A stretch of DNA of 59,690 bases, the filler included, from Jimgerdemannia flammicorona (lineage: Eukaryota), in assembly GCA_003990765.1 (NCBI GenBank). It is 2 parts of 2 records of this genome, joined end to end, with 100 filler letters (N's around TTAATTAATTAA, not from the genome) between each part and the next. Parts side by side here need not be neighbours in the genome. Positions count along the whole stretch, not along the records: positions 29,901 to 59,690 come from RBNJ01000471.1; 1 more part is not named here. One strand, given 5' to 3'. The stretch's first letter is position 1. Each line of letters starts with the position of its first letter. The notes under the pieces were generated by a model. The model worked only from the letters and a program-made list of their open reading frames with translations. It ran no database searches and was not told the origin of the DNA. The position numbers and the translations under genes are program-made. Positions 49,793 through 59,690 of the stretch are shown here, in pieces.

Positions 49793-50979
49793 TTATTTTT
49801 TATTTTTTTTTAACAGACTCAGAGTCCTATAAATTTTTATTGGAAGAGAACTTAGACTATATAGGCCAAAACTCTCTCCCACTATCTACTGAGTACTATA
49901 CCCCCATTAAACCTAGGTTAGCTATTGTCCAGCAGCTCAACTATACTAGGCATAGTAGGGCAAAGTAGCCTATATCTCATTCTGTATACTATACTCTTCC
50001 TACCACTAGAGAGTAAACAACTATATATCTACAACTGAATATATACACCCAAAACCCCCAATATATATACAAGACCATATCTGAGCTAATTCACATAGCT
50101 CTTGCTATCCTAAGAGAAGCAATAGGTAAAGAAAAATCCTCCTCAAAGTACAGAACAGTAGATAGGATCTGGTTCTCTCTGATAAATAAGTAGAGAACTT
50201 ATATGTGAGGTGAGAGGAGACTTTCAATATTCCACTACTCAAGCTTATAGATCTTGATCATATTGTCATATTAGTTCCTAGTTCTAGTTGAGTATACTAA
50301 GATGTCTAATCCAGATAGCCTCAAATCCCCTGACCACTCCCAATAACTAGAGCCCAATCTTATATATCACCAAAAGTAGTCAAAAGTAATATCTACTATC
50401 TAACCACTCTATACTAATCAGAAGGCCCTACTGATATAGTACTCACTCCAGCCCTGATAACTATCCCTAGTCTGGCACTCCACTGATCTACTGTAATCAC
50501 TCTTCTTCTTATCTGTAATGATCATCTCTCCTCCTATCCTGATCTCATCTAAAAAACAGTCACCTATACCAGTATCACACTTATCAGAAAGCTCACCAAA
50601 GCTTAGAGGGCCCTACCATAGATACTAAGGACCTGCAGGTAACCTATATTAGCACTTGATACCCAAAGTTAGCCAATATCCTATATAGTCTATAATATAT
50701 CAAGATGACATCTTATTGATGATAGCAAAAAGAAGAAGAAGTCATACTAAAACAGATATACTCTAGAGACAGCCAGAGGTACCAGAAACTGTAAAAAAGT
50801 GGAGAAAGTACCAATCTGATACTAATAAAGAGGCAACTCATCACCATTACCTCTCTCTCACTATGCTCTTATAGATATAGCAAACTAATCTAAAGTAGAG
50901 AGGGTAAAAGTAGAGAAAAGGGAACTTAGAAGATTACCTATCAATCTTGTAACTGATATGGTAGTAGAGAAAAGAGCTG
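49793..50979 (-). mobile_element. ~1.19-kb poly(A)-tailed retroposon without recognisable coding capacity
   Basis: T-tail at 49793-49811. ~17-bp TSD tatctgttgttacttgt (49776-49792) / tgtctgttgttatttat (50980-50996) duplicates the ITTDR codons of family B integrase. Second copy at 37-930. Confidence 0.75.
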
Positions 50980-51695
50980 TGTCTGTTGTTATTTATACTG
51001 AAGTCTTAAATCAACAAATAATTTTCTTATAAAAGAAATTAGTAATTGATTATATATTGACTTCTTTGAGTAGTCCTACTTCTATCTATTTTATAAAAAG
51101 GTTTATAATAATAATAATGTATTGGTTATCAGTTAAAGTTAATGATAGAGGGCCAATTACATCTATTATAATGTGAGCAAATAGTATTAGTTCTATATAT
51201 ACTGATTCTGGAGTCTGATTTTACTGATCTTATTTTTGTTTTTGGTATTTATTATAGGTCTTGATAAATTATCTAATATCTTTCTCTATTTCTGGCTACT
51301 ATATTGTTCTTTTAGCTTTCTTGTAAATATTTATTCCTTTTAGATAGCTGAGTTTATATACTGACTTTATTGTTATTCTTTCTTATACTCAAGTATGACT
51401 AGTATTTTTTTTTTCTTTAAAGTTTCTCTATTAGTTTTGAATTGTTTCCATATTCTACTAATAATTATTTATGTTCATTCTTTCAGATATTGAGACATCT
51501 TTTACTATTCTAGATAGGTGATAATTCTATAGTAAAGCTCTTTATTCATAGTTGGTTTACTGGTTGGAAGTTCTTTAGTATATCTATGAAAGAGTATCAG
51601 ATTCTTCTTGAGTAGTATACAATAGTTACATTATAGGCCTATAACTTCATAATCTATTTGACATAGATTTCTTTAGGTTATTCAGTAGTTAGTAG

Positions 51696-54600
51696 TGTAA
51701 CAGTGATCTCAGAGTGATAATATCAGCACAAGAGACAGTCTTTTCTTGCAAGCCACCAGATCAGAATACAAGAAGATCATATGGCATAACTCAGGCTATA
51801 AGATAAGTAATGATGACCAACTGTGAGTTATTGTGACCACAGTTCAGGTATCTTGAGAAATATAAAAGAAGGATTAAGGAACTATAATAGTAGAAACTCA
51901 ACAAAACCCACCAATCCCAAAATAGCTCAAAGACTTACTATAAATAAAATGTCTGCTGCTCACCAAACCTCAAGGTCAAGGAATCACCAAGGTACCTTAG
52001 TTAAAGAAAGAATATTCCAAGACATCAGAAGAGCCATGAGGACTCATATAAGAAGGACTCTTAGCCTTAACCTGGATACTGCAGATCCTTATCACTTTAT
52101 CCTCTACTATTGTAAGATAGAAACAAGGATCACCATTGCTACTAAATGCCTCCAAATATGGCAGAAGTACAAAATAAGAAACCTTCTCTGCTGGAAGTTC
52201 CCACAGATCAGTCTCTAAGAGTTACAAGATACTACTCTCATGGATATATAAGAAGTAAGGATAGCTAAGAAGATTTATCAGATCTTCAGGCATATATTAT
52301 AGTTGATCTCTAACTTAGAGTATGATAGAGTCTCAGATTTCAGAGATCTGTCAGTCTACCATATTAATGCACTAGAAGCCAGGGTGGCTATAGAAGCCTA
52401 GTCTACTATCACTCTCAATAGTGATGAAGTATAAGACTTCTGACATTCCATCCTCCAGAACAACCCAGATCAATTTCTGCAAGGATTGATCTCAGTATTC
52501 CAAGGCCCAAGTATTTAGGTTAGACCTCCCCAAGACCCCACATTTATTCTCTATTTTGTAGAAGAGAACCTCATAGACTGGAGAGCCCCAGATCTTCTTG
52601 TTCCCACTGCTACCAAATGTGATGACATCATCAGTAATGATGTCATCTCATATGACATGCATAAAGCATACAAAATATATAATCTATGTGATAAGATCGA
52701 AATATTCATAGACCTCATCTCCTTTGAGGACAGTAATGATGAGGATGAAGCCCCCATAGTCCTAAACATTTTGCTCTAAGTCCCTTAGTTATACTGAATT
52801 ATACCAGTATCCTTTTCCTATATAATAGCTGTTCCTTCACTGACATTCTGACCTTGTGACTCAGAATTATTTTAGCACTATTTTCCTATATCACCAAAAT
52901 TATACCAGCATCCTGAATCTATACAACCATCTGTGCTGATCTTGAAGCTTAGCAGTTTTCTATATTCCAGCATTTTATTGGTTATTGGAATTTATATTTA
53001 GCTTTATATCTTAGCAACTATTGAATTATATTTTGTATAAATACCCTTCTTATTTCCTCTAAAATAAAGTCAGTCAAGTTTACTTATATACAATCTCTTG
53101 CAAGCAATCTAAGAGATATCAAGACAGTTTAAAGATAAGAAGTTTGAGAATTATAAGACCTTGGGAAGGTACTCTAATAAGAACTTGCTTATAAAAAACT
53201 TATAGTTAGTCTAAAAGATACACCTTGAAGAGAATCTGATATATTTGAAGGACTCAATACCCACTATATAACAATATATATAATATAGTCCTCTCAGTCA
53301 AGTTTACTTACATATACTTCCTTGCAAGCAATCTAAAGAGATAATAAGATAGTTTAAAGATAAGAAGTTTGAAGACTATAAGATCTTAGAAAGGCACTCC
53401 AATAAGAACTTACTTATAATAAACTTGAGTTAGTCTAAGAGATACACCTTGAAGAGAATCTGAGTATTTGAAGGACTCAGCAACCACTATGTGACAACTT
53501 GGTGCCCATTAGCTGGTGATTCAAGATGAATCTCTCACTTTCAAGCTGAAAAACAAACAACTACCACAATAACTACTTTGACTATAAGAGTCATCCTTAT
53601 AAGAATTCAAGACAAGATAGAAATGCATCCCTCCACATTCTATAGATATACTACTGAAGAGTTAATCCTGACCTTCATTGAAGACTTTGAACAATTTGCC
53701 GCCATATGAGCCCTCAATGTGAATGTACAATTGGCCCTTCTATCAGTCAGCCTCAGAGGACCTGCTAGAGAAAAGTTCAATGCAGCCATTATTGCTGATG
53801 CTAGTGCAGCCAAACTTGCCAACATGAAGACCTTTCTCACAATAACATACTATACTGAAGAGATTAAGCAAGCTCTCAATAATTAACTCAATACTATCTG
53901 CCAGAGACTCAGTGAAGATCCCAACTCATTCTATATCTAAATCTGCCATCAGATTATCTTGACTAGCTATGATGACCACTTCAAGGAACAAATAGTGGAT
54001 TCAACCTTTCTCAAAGAAGTTCACCCTGAAATTGCCCTAGTAATCTGATCTACCCCAGCTACACTGACCCTTGATCAGAAAGTGGTCTTTGTACATAGAT
54101 ATTGGACTGCCAGACACCCCACTGAATACTCAATGGAGAAAATAACTAGCATCAAGATAGAGCCATCAAAGCCAACTAGTATCATACCCACTACAGTTGT
54201 AAACAGACAACCATCTCCTCCTACCCCCAAGGCAACTAAAGTTGACCCTGTGGAGGAACTTGCCAAGCAGTTCACTAAGATAACTGCATACCTTGGTGAT
54301 GTTGTTAGAGAAGTCTGAAGCACCAACAAGAGACCAGTACAGAGATTTGCAGCTACTACAGAAAAATGCAATATCACATGCTTTAGATATAGAGAAGAGG
54401 GCCACTATGCAAAGAGTGCATGACTGAAATAAGATACAAAGCCCAACCAAGCAATGCTAGCAGAACCAGAGAACAAATCAATACAGTAGTCATTGAGGAG
54501 ATTGGTGATACTGATGATGAAGAATACTATGAGGAGCTCGAATTCTACCCTACTACTGAAGGTACCAGAACCTGGTCCAAGCCCTATGACAAGAAGAGCA

Positions 54601-56172
54601 ACAGCAAGCTAGTTGGAAGACCAAAGAAGACCCCAGCTATCACTATCCAAAATAAGACCCAACTCAAGGAGATTGATCAAGACATGGAGTTAGAGAAGGC
54701 TGTCTACCAAATTATTGAAGATACTACTCCAGTCTCAGAAGAAAGTGAAAGTAAGAAGGAACAGAAGCTGTGCAAGACTAAGATTCACCAGTATGATATC
54801 TACAAGGACCTCAAGGAACAAAAGGTCAATGCTACTTTTGGACAACTAGCTGAAGTCTCTGCCTTCAGACAGCAGTTGAGAGTAAGACTTGTAACTACTA
54901 TTAAGAATCAAGAGTATAAGATTGTAGAAGCTCACAATATATAAGAAGAATCTGAAGACCAGTACAAAACATCAGCCTACACCCCATGTCAGATTAAAGA
55001 TTGTGTCTTTGATACCATTATTGATACTAATGCTGGAGGATGCCTCTTGAGTAAGAAGGCAATTGACTACCTAGGCTGGAACATTGAAGAGTCCACCAAG
55101 ATGGTCTATGTCACAGTAGATAGTACACAAGCTACCCTCCTTGGCAAAATCTGAGAAGTCTCCATCAAGATAGGAGGAGCTACCATCCCAGTAGATGTGA
55201 TTGTTACAAGCACCACCAACTATAACATCCTCATTGGCAACTAATGGCTTCACAAGACCAAGACTATCATTGACCTTAATGTCCAAAAGATGCAGATCAA
55301 CTATAGAAGAAGAAAGGTATGAGTCTCTATCAATGTCTACAAAGGAGTTCTATCAGACATGGAGAAAGGAGATAAAGAGGACACAGAAGTCTTCATGCAC
55401 TCAGTGAACAAGAATAAGAACAAGACATCCAAGCTCACAGATAAGCAGTGGTATAACAAGATCATTGATAGCTATGCCCCTCAAGAAAGATGCCCCCATA
55501 GTACTAGGATGTACTGCTCTGAACACCTGAATGACTGCTGGTTCTGTATCAGTGAAGTCAGAAAAATCTGCCAACAGAAGTATGAGTAAGAAGCTGCTGA
55601 AGTAAAAAGGAAAGCTGAAGAAGAAGACCAGCCTCTGGAGCTGCAAGCTGACAGTAATGATGAGGAGGAACAAGAACCAGACATCACCCTCAAGGTCAAG
55701 AAGTTTTACTCTAAAGCCAAGATCCCAGAATATAAGACTGAAGGAGCCATAGGAATGGACTTTGCCAGCATTCAAGATACTACCCTCAAACCACAGACCA
55801 CCACCCTACTTAGCACTGGAATTGGAGTCAAGTTACCAGGGAACTATGCTGGAATTATCAAGACCAGGAGTAGTCTTGCCAAAAGCAAAATCTCAGTTAA
55901 AGGAGGAGTAATTGACCCTGATTACACTGGCAAGATCTTCCTTATAGTCAGGAATTACAACTCCACCACCCCATTCGAAGTTAAGAAGTATAACAAGATT
56001 GACCAGATGCTGATCTATGAAATCAAGAAGTCCAAGATCACTGAAGCCATCAAACTCATCAAGACCAAGAGAGGAGAATAAGGCTTTGGATCTACTAGAA
56101 GAGGAGCCTATGCCACCACTAAGATTACCAAACTTGAGCACAAGAAAGATAAGAATCAGAATAAGTACATAT
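51696..56172 (+). mobile_element. Family A copy 3 (5' LTR with duplicated 3' end, PBS, gag-protease-dUTPase), interrupted by copy 4
   Basis: Starts TGTAACAGTG at 51696. LTR-ORF remnant 51949-52779, LTR ends at 53273 and again at 53496, PBS at 53500. Homology stops at ...gtacatat 56172. Confidence 0.9.
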
Positions 56173-59100
56173 TGTCACGTAGTGGTCGCTGAGTCCTTCA
56201 AATATGCCAGATTCTCTTCAAGGTGTATCTCTTAGACTAACTCAAGTTGTTATAAGCAAGTTCCTATTGGAGTGCCTTCCCAAGGTCTTATAGTCCTCAA
56301 ACTTCTTATCTTTAACTGTCTTGTTATCTCTTAGATTGCTTGCAAGGAAGTGTGTGTATTGTACTGAGAAGACTGACTTTATTTCAGAGGAAATAAGGGA
56401 GGTATTTATACAAAATATAATTTAATGGTTGCTAAGATATAAAGCTAAATATAAATTCCAATAACTAAAACTACTGAGTTCCAGGGCTGGCATTATTTAG
56501 TACCACATCAAAATACCGGTGCTGGAACAATTTCGCATCACCTCAGAATACCGGTGCTGGCATTATCCAGTGTTATATGAGAATACTAGTACTGGTATTA
56601 TCCAGTGTAACAAAGAACTTTAGAGCAGAAAGTTCAGGACCATGGGGGCTTCATCATCATCATCATCACTGAAGGAGATGAGATCTGCGAATTCGTCATG
56701 TAGGTCATGCGTCTCGCGTACTTTGTCATTTTCGCATGCCTCGATGTTGCGCAGGATGATGTCATCGATGACGTCATCACGTTCGGGTGTGGCGGGAAAA
56801 TTGGGAACAAGGTCTGGAGCTCTCCAGTCTATGAGGTTCTCCTCCACAAAATAGGGGACAAATGTGGGGTCTTGGGGGGATCTAACCCGGATGCTTGGGC
56901 CTTGGAATACTGAGATCAATCCTTGCAGGAATTGGTCTGAGTTGTCCTGAAGGATAGGGTGCCAGAAGTCTTCTACTTCTTCACTGTTGAGGGTGATAGT
57001 GGACTGGGCTTCTGTAGCCACCCTGGCTTCTAGTGCATTGATGCGGCGAGATGACAGGTCTCTGAAATCTGAGACTCTAACATACTCCAGGTTGGGAATC
57101 GACCATGGTGCATGCCTGAAGATCTGATGGATCTTCTTAGCTGTCCTCATTTCACGTATATCCATGGGAGTGGCATCTTGTAGCTCTTGGGTGCTGGCCT
57201 GTGGGAACTTCCGGTAGAGGAGGTTTCCTATTTCGTACTCCTGCCACATTTGGAGGCATTCAGTGGCGATGGTGATCCTTGTTTCCATTTCATAGCGGTA
57301 GAGGATGAAGTGATAGGGGTCTGCAGTACCCAGGTGGATACTAGGAGTCCTTCTTGAGCGGGTCTCCATGGCTCTTCTGATGTCTTGAAACATCCTTTCC
57401 TCGACCGAGATACCTTGATGATTCCTTGACCTTGAGGTTTGGCAGGCAGCAGGCATTTTGTTTGTGGTAAGTCTTTGAGCTATTTTGGGATTGGGGTTCT
57501 TGTTGGCTGCTGCTACTGCGGTTCCTTGGTCCTTCTTTTATATTCTTCAGGATGCTTGTGCTGTGGTCACAATGACTCACAGTTGGTCATCGTTGCTCAT
57601 CTTGCATGCCATATGATCTTCTTGTACTCTGATCTGGTGGCTTGTAAAGAAAGGCTGTCTCCTGTGCTGATGTCATCATTCTGGGGTCACCATTACATCT
57701 TCCTCCTGAATAAGGATCTTCCTGAGTGTCCTTATTCATTGGTCCAGTCCTGAAAAATTTGCTGATCCCATAACCTCTGGCAAGGAGTCGAAAACTGGTG
57801 TTTATGGGCTGGCGTCTTCCTTTTGTATTTTGGTGTGATGGTGAAGGGTCGCTCTCTTCATATAGAGCAAGGGCCTGATTCTGATCCTGACCAATCAGTT
57901 GATGGTTCGAACTCCTCTGACTGCGAAAGTCTCATGGATAAGTAGTTGCCAGTGCCGTATCCCTTAGAGAATGGTCCAGACAGATAGCCTGCTGGTCACG
58001 GGACATGCTGTTATGATTCGCAGACTAGAACCTCACGGGCGGTCATCACATTTTGCTTCTCTTGTATAGGTTCGTGGTACTTCTTGAGTCTGTTCCTATG
58101 TACCATGGTAGGCAGTATGGTCCCTGAGATTTTTCTAAGCCAGAAGGTAGTTCCCTTGATATCTTGCACGTAGAAGGGTTCTTCCCATTTGGGCTCCAGT
58201 TTTCATGACCATGAGGCTTCTACCATATTTCGATACAGCAGAACCTTTTCTCCAATTCGGATGGGTTCTAGGGCCTTGTGATTCTTTTCCGCATTCTTCC
58301 TTGTCAGGGCTTATAACTTGGTGATGTAATCTTCAGCCTTCTTCCTGATTTGGTGTAGTCTCCGGATCTCTGCATCAATCCATCTCCAGGTTAGGTCTAG
58401 ATTTGTGGCTGAGGTTCCATCAGAATCTTCTTCTCCAAAGAGCAGCTCTCTTGGGGTAAAATGTGTGCTCTGTGACCGTATGTCTCGTAGGACAGAGAGG
58501 GCAGTTGGGAGATAATTATCCCAATTCTCATATGTCTCTGAGATCTTTGCTAGGATGTTCTTGAGGGTCTTGTTGGTTCTTTCTGTCTGTCCATTTCCTT
58601 GAGGGTGGTATGCGGTGGTCTTGATGTGCTGGATCTTGTATTTCTGGTACATTATCTCATAGAATCCATTGACAAATTCTGTGCCATGGTCTGTTGTAAT
58701 TTGCTTTGGTGTCTTGTAGCGGCAGATGATTTCTCGGTGTAGGAAATCGGCTATAGAGAGGGCATTGGCTTCTTGTAATGCTCCTGCCTCTATCCATTTG
58801 GTGAAGAGGTCTACAATAACTATAATATAGCGGTTTCCTGATAGGGTTACTGGTAGTGGTCCAATGATATCCATTGCAATGTGGTGGAAGGGGATAGGCT
58901 CAATTCTTGATGATCCGGGTGCCTGGTCTTGCTGATCTTATTTCTGTTTTTGGCACTTGTCACACCCTTTGACAAATTGGCGCAGGTCTTCTTCCATTTT
59001 GGGCCACCACATGATTCTTCTTGCCTTGTCGTATGTGTTGGTTCCTCCTAAGTGTCCTTGCTCGTATACTTCCTTCATTACTTGATACTTCTTGTGTTCG

Positions 59101-59690
59101 GGTATTACTAGCTTTCCTCCTTTTCTGAGTGTAGTGTTGTCTAATTCAAACTGTTTCCAAGTCCGGTTGATGATGGTGATTGTCCAGGGTTCGAGGTGGT
59201 TGGGCATCTTCCGCTGCCCAAGGTAGCTGATTAATCCATAGTATAGCTCCTTATTCATGTTGAATAGTCTTGATGGGGATGTTTCGGGGTGTCCTTGAGA
59301 GTGCATCGGCATTGGTATTGGTCTTTCCTGAGCGGTGCTTGACAGTACAGTCATATTCTTGCAGTCTGTAGATCCATCTGGCATATATTCCTTTGGGGTT
59401 CAGAGTGTGGAATAGCCAGGCAAGAGCAGAATGGTCTGTCTGAATAGTGAAGTATTTTCCAGCTAGGTAGTAGTGGAACTTGTCTACTGCCCAAACTACT
59501 GCTAAGCATTTAAGCTTGCATGACTCGTAGTTCTGTTCTGCTCCACGGGTACCTCAGCTTGCGTAGGAGATGACATATTCATGTCCATCTTTCTTCTGAG
59601 CTAGGACTGCTCCAAGTCCTATAGCACTTGCATCCGTCTGCAGGATGAATTCTAGGTTCCAGTCTGGTCTTCTGAGGATGGGCACTTGGG
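56173..59690 (-). mobile_element. Family A copy 4 (least mutated): 3' LTR 56173-57697, PPT 57698-57707, integrase and RNase H; runs off the window
   Basis: Intact TG...CA termini (TGTAATGGTG...CACTACGTGACA) and many CpGs retained. Integrase ORFs 58311-58874 and 58938-59384. Confidence 0.93.
56620..57456 (-). CDS. Intact 278-aa orphan protein encoded entirely inside the LTR; acidic C-terminus; function unknown
   Basis: Open ATG-to-TAA frame within LTR 56173-57697, with TATAAAA at 57536-57542. Homologues in the five other family A LTRs share start, C-terminal region and mostly frame-preserving length. Confidence 0.85.
   Translation of the reverse strand: MPAACQTSRSRNHQGISVEERMFQDIRRAMETRSRRTPSIHLGTADPYHFILYRYEMETRITIATECLQMWQEYEIGNLLYRKFPQASTQELQDATPMDIREMRTAKKIHQIFRHAPWSIPNLEYVRVSDFRDLSSRRINALEARVATEAQSTITLNSEEVEDFWHPILQDNSDQFLQGLISVFQGPSIRVRSPQDPTFVPYFVEENLIDWRAPDLVPNFPATPERDDVIDDIILRNIEACENDKVRETHDLHDEFADLISFSDDDDDEAPMVLNFLL

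Larger units (their letters stand above)
42346..51695 (-). mobile_element. Gypsy family B remnant (3' LTR ~42346-42803, integrase pieces 48795-49792 and 50997-51549, RNase H end), interrupted by later insertions
   Basis: 42346-42925 is the reverse complement of ~30730-31316. Sequence resumes across the TSDs of the LINE and of the retroposon; IDVIGPL and MNKELYY remnants. Confidence 0.7.

Noticed and set aside
51823..51948. Apparent N-terminal extension of the LTR ORF in copy 3
   Set aside because: In frame only in this copy because of an indel in the leader. It spans the TATA box, and other copies are out of frame.
56620..57456. LTR ORF as an env-like gene
   Set aside because: No signal peptide or transmembrane segment is evident, and it lies inside the LTR rather than between pol and the PPT.
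57439..57753. Recurring antisense hydrophobic ORF (GLVVL.GCCY...) at the LTR start in several copies
   Set aside because: Starts, stops and lengths differ among copies, and the region has 1-bp indels. It recurs only because the LTR is repeated.

Overview
Eukaryotic, intron-containing genomic DNA, most plausibly from a fungus. The kinase type and RNI-like LRRs suggest an early-diverging (Mucoromycota-like) lineage, but that is inference. About 85% of the window is a nested graveyard of CpG-depleted, C>T/G>A-mutated transposons. These include four copies of one Ty3/Gypsy LTR family ('family A': 11002-19821, 33672-42294, 51696-56172, 56173-end), remnants of a related short-LTR family ('family B'), two full-length L1/Tx1-like LINEs with TSDs plus a 5' fragment, a 1.2-kb poly(A)-tailed non-coding retroposon, a decayed BED-finger hAT transposon and a chromovirus remnant. 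A CpG-normal island (~21590-29800) holds a hAT MITE, a minisatellite and a spliced gene for a non-RD TKL-like kinase. The kinase is followed by phase-1, one-repeat-per-exon LRR modules that run into an assembly gap. Two candidate novel systems stand out. (1) Family A carries a complete ~277-aa orphan ORF with its own TATA box inside every ~1.5-kb LTR; it also has a dUTPase in a single gag-to-RNaseH frame and an integrase split into a separate frame at a conserved ATGAATAA start/stop overlap. (2) The kinase-LRR gene has near-identical 194-bp exon+intron cassettes that vary almost only at predicted ligand-facing codons, like a variable immune receptor. All coordinates were read by eye and may be off by a few bases.
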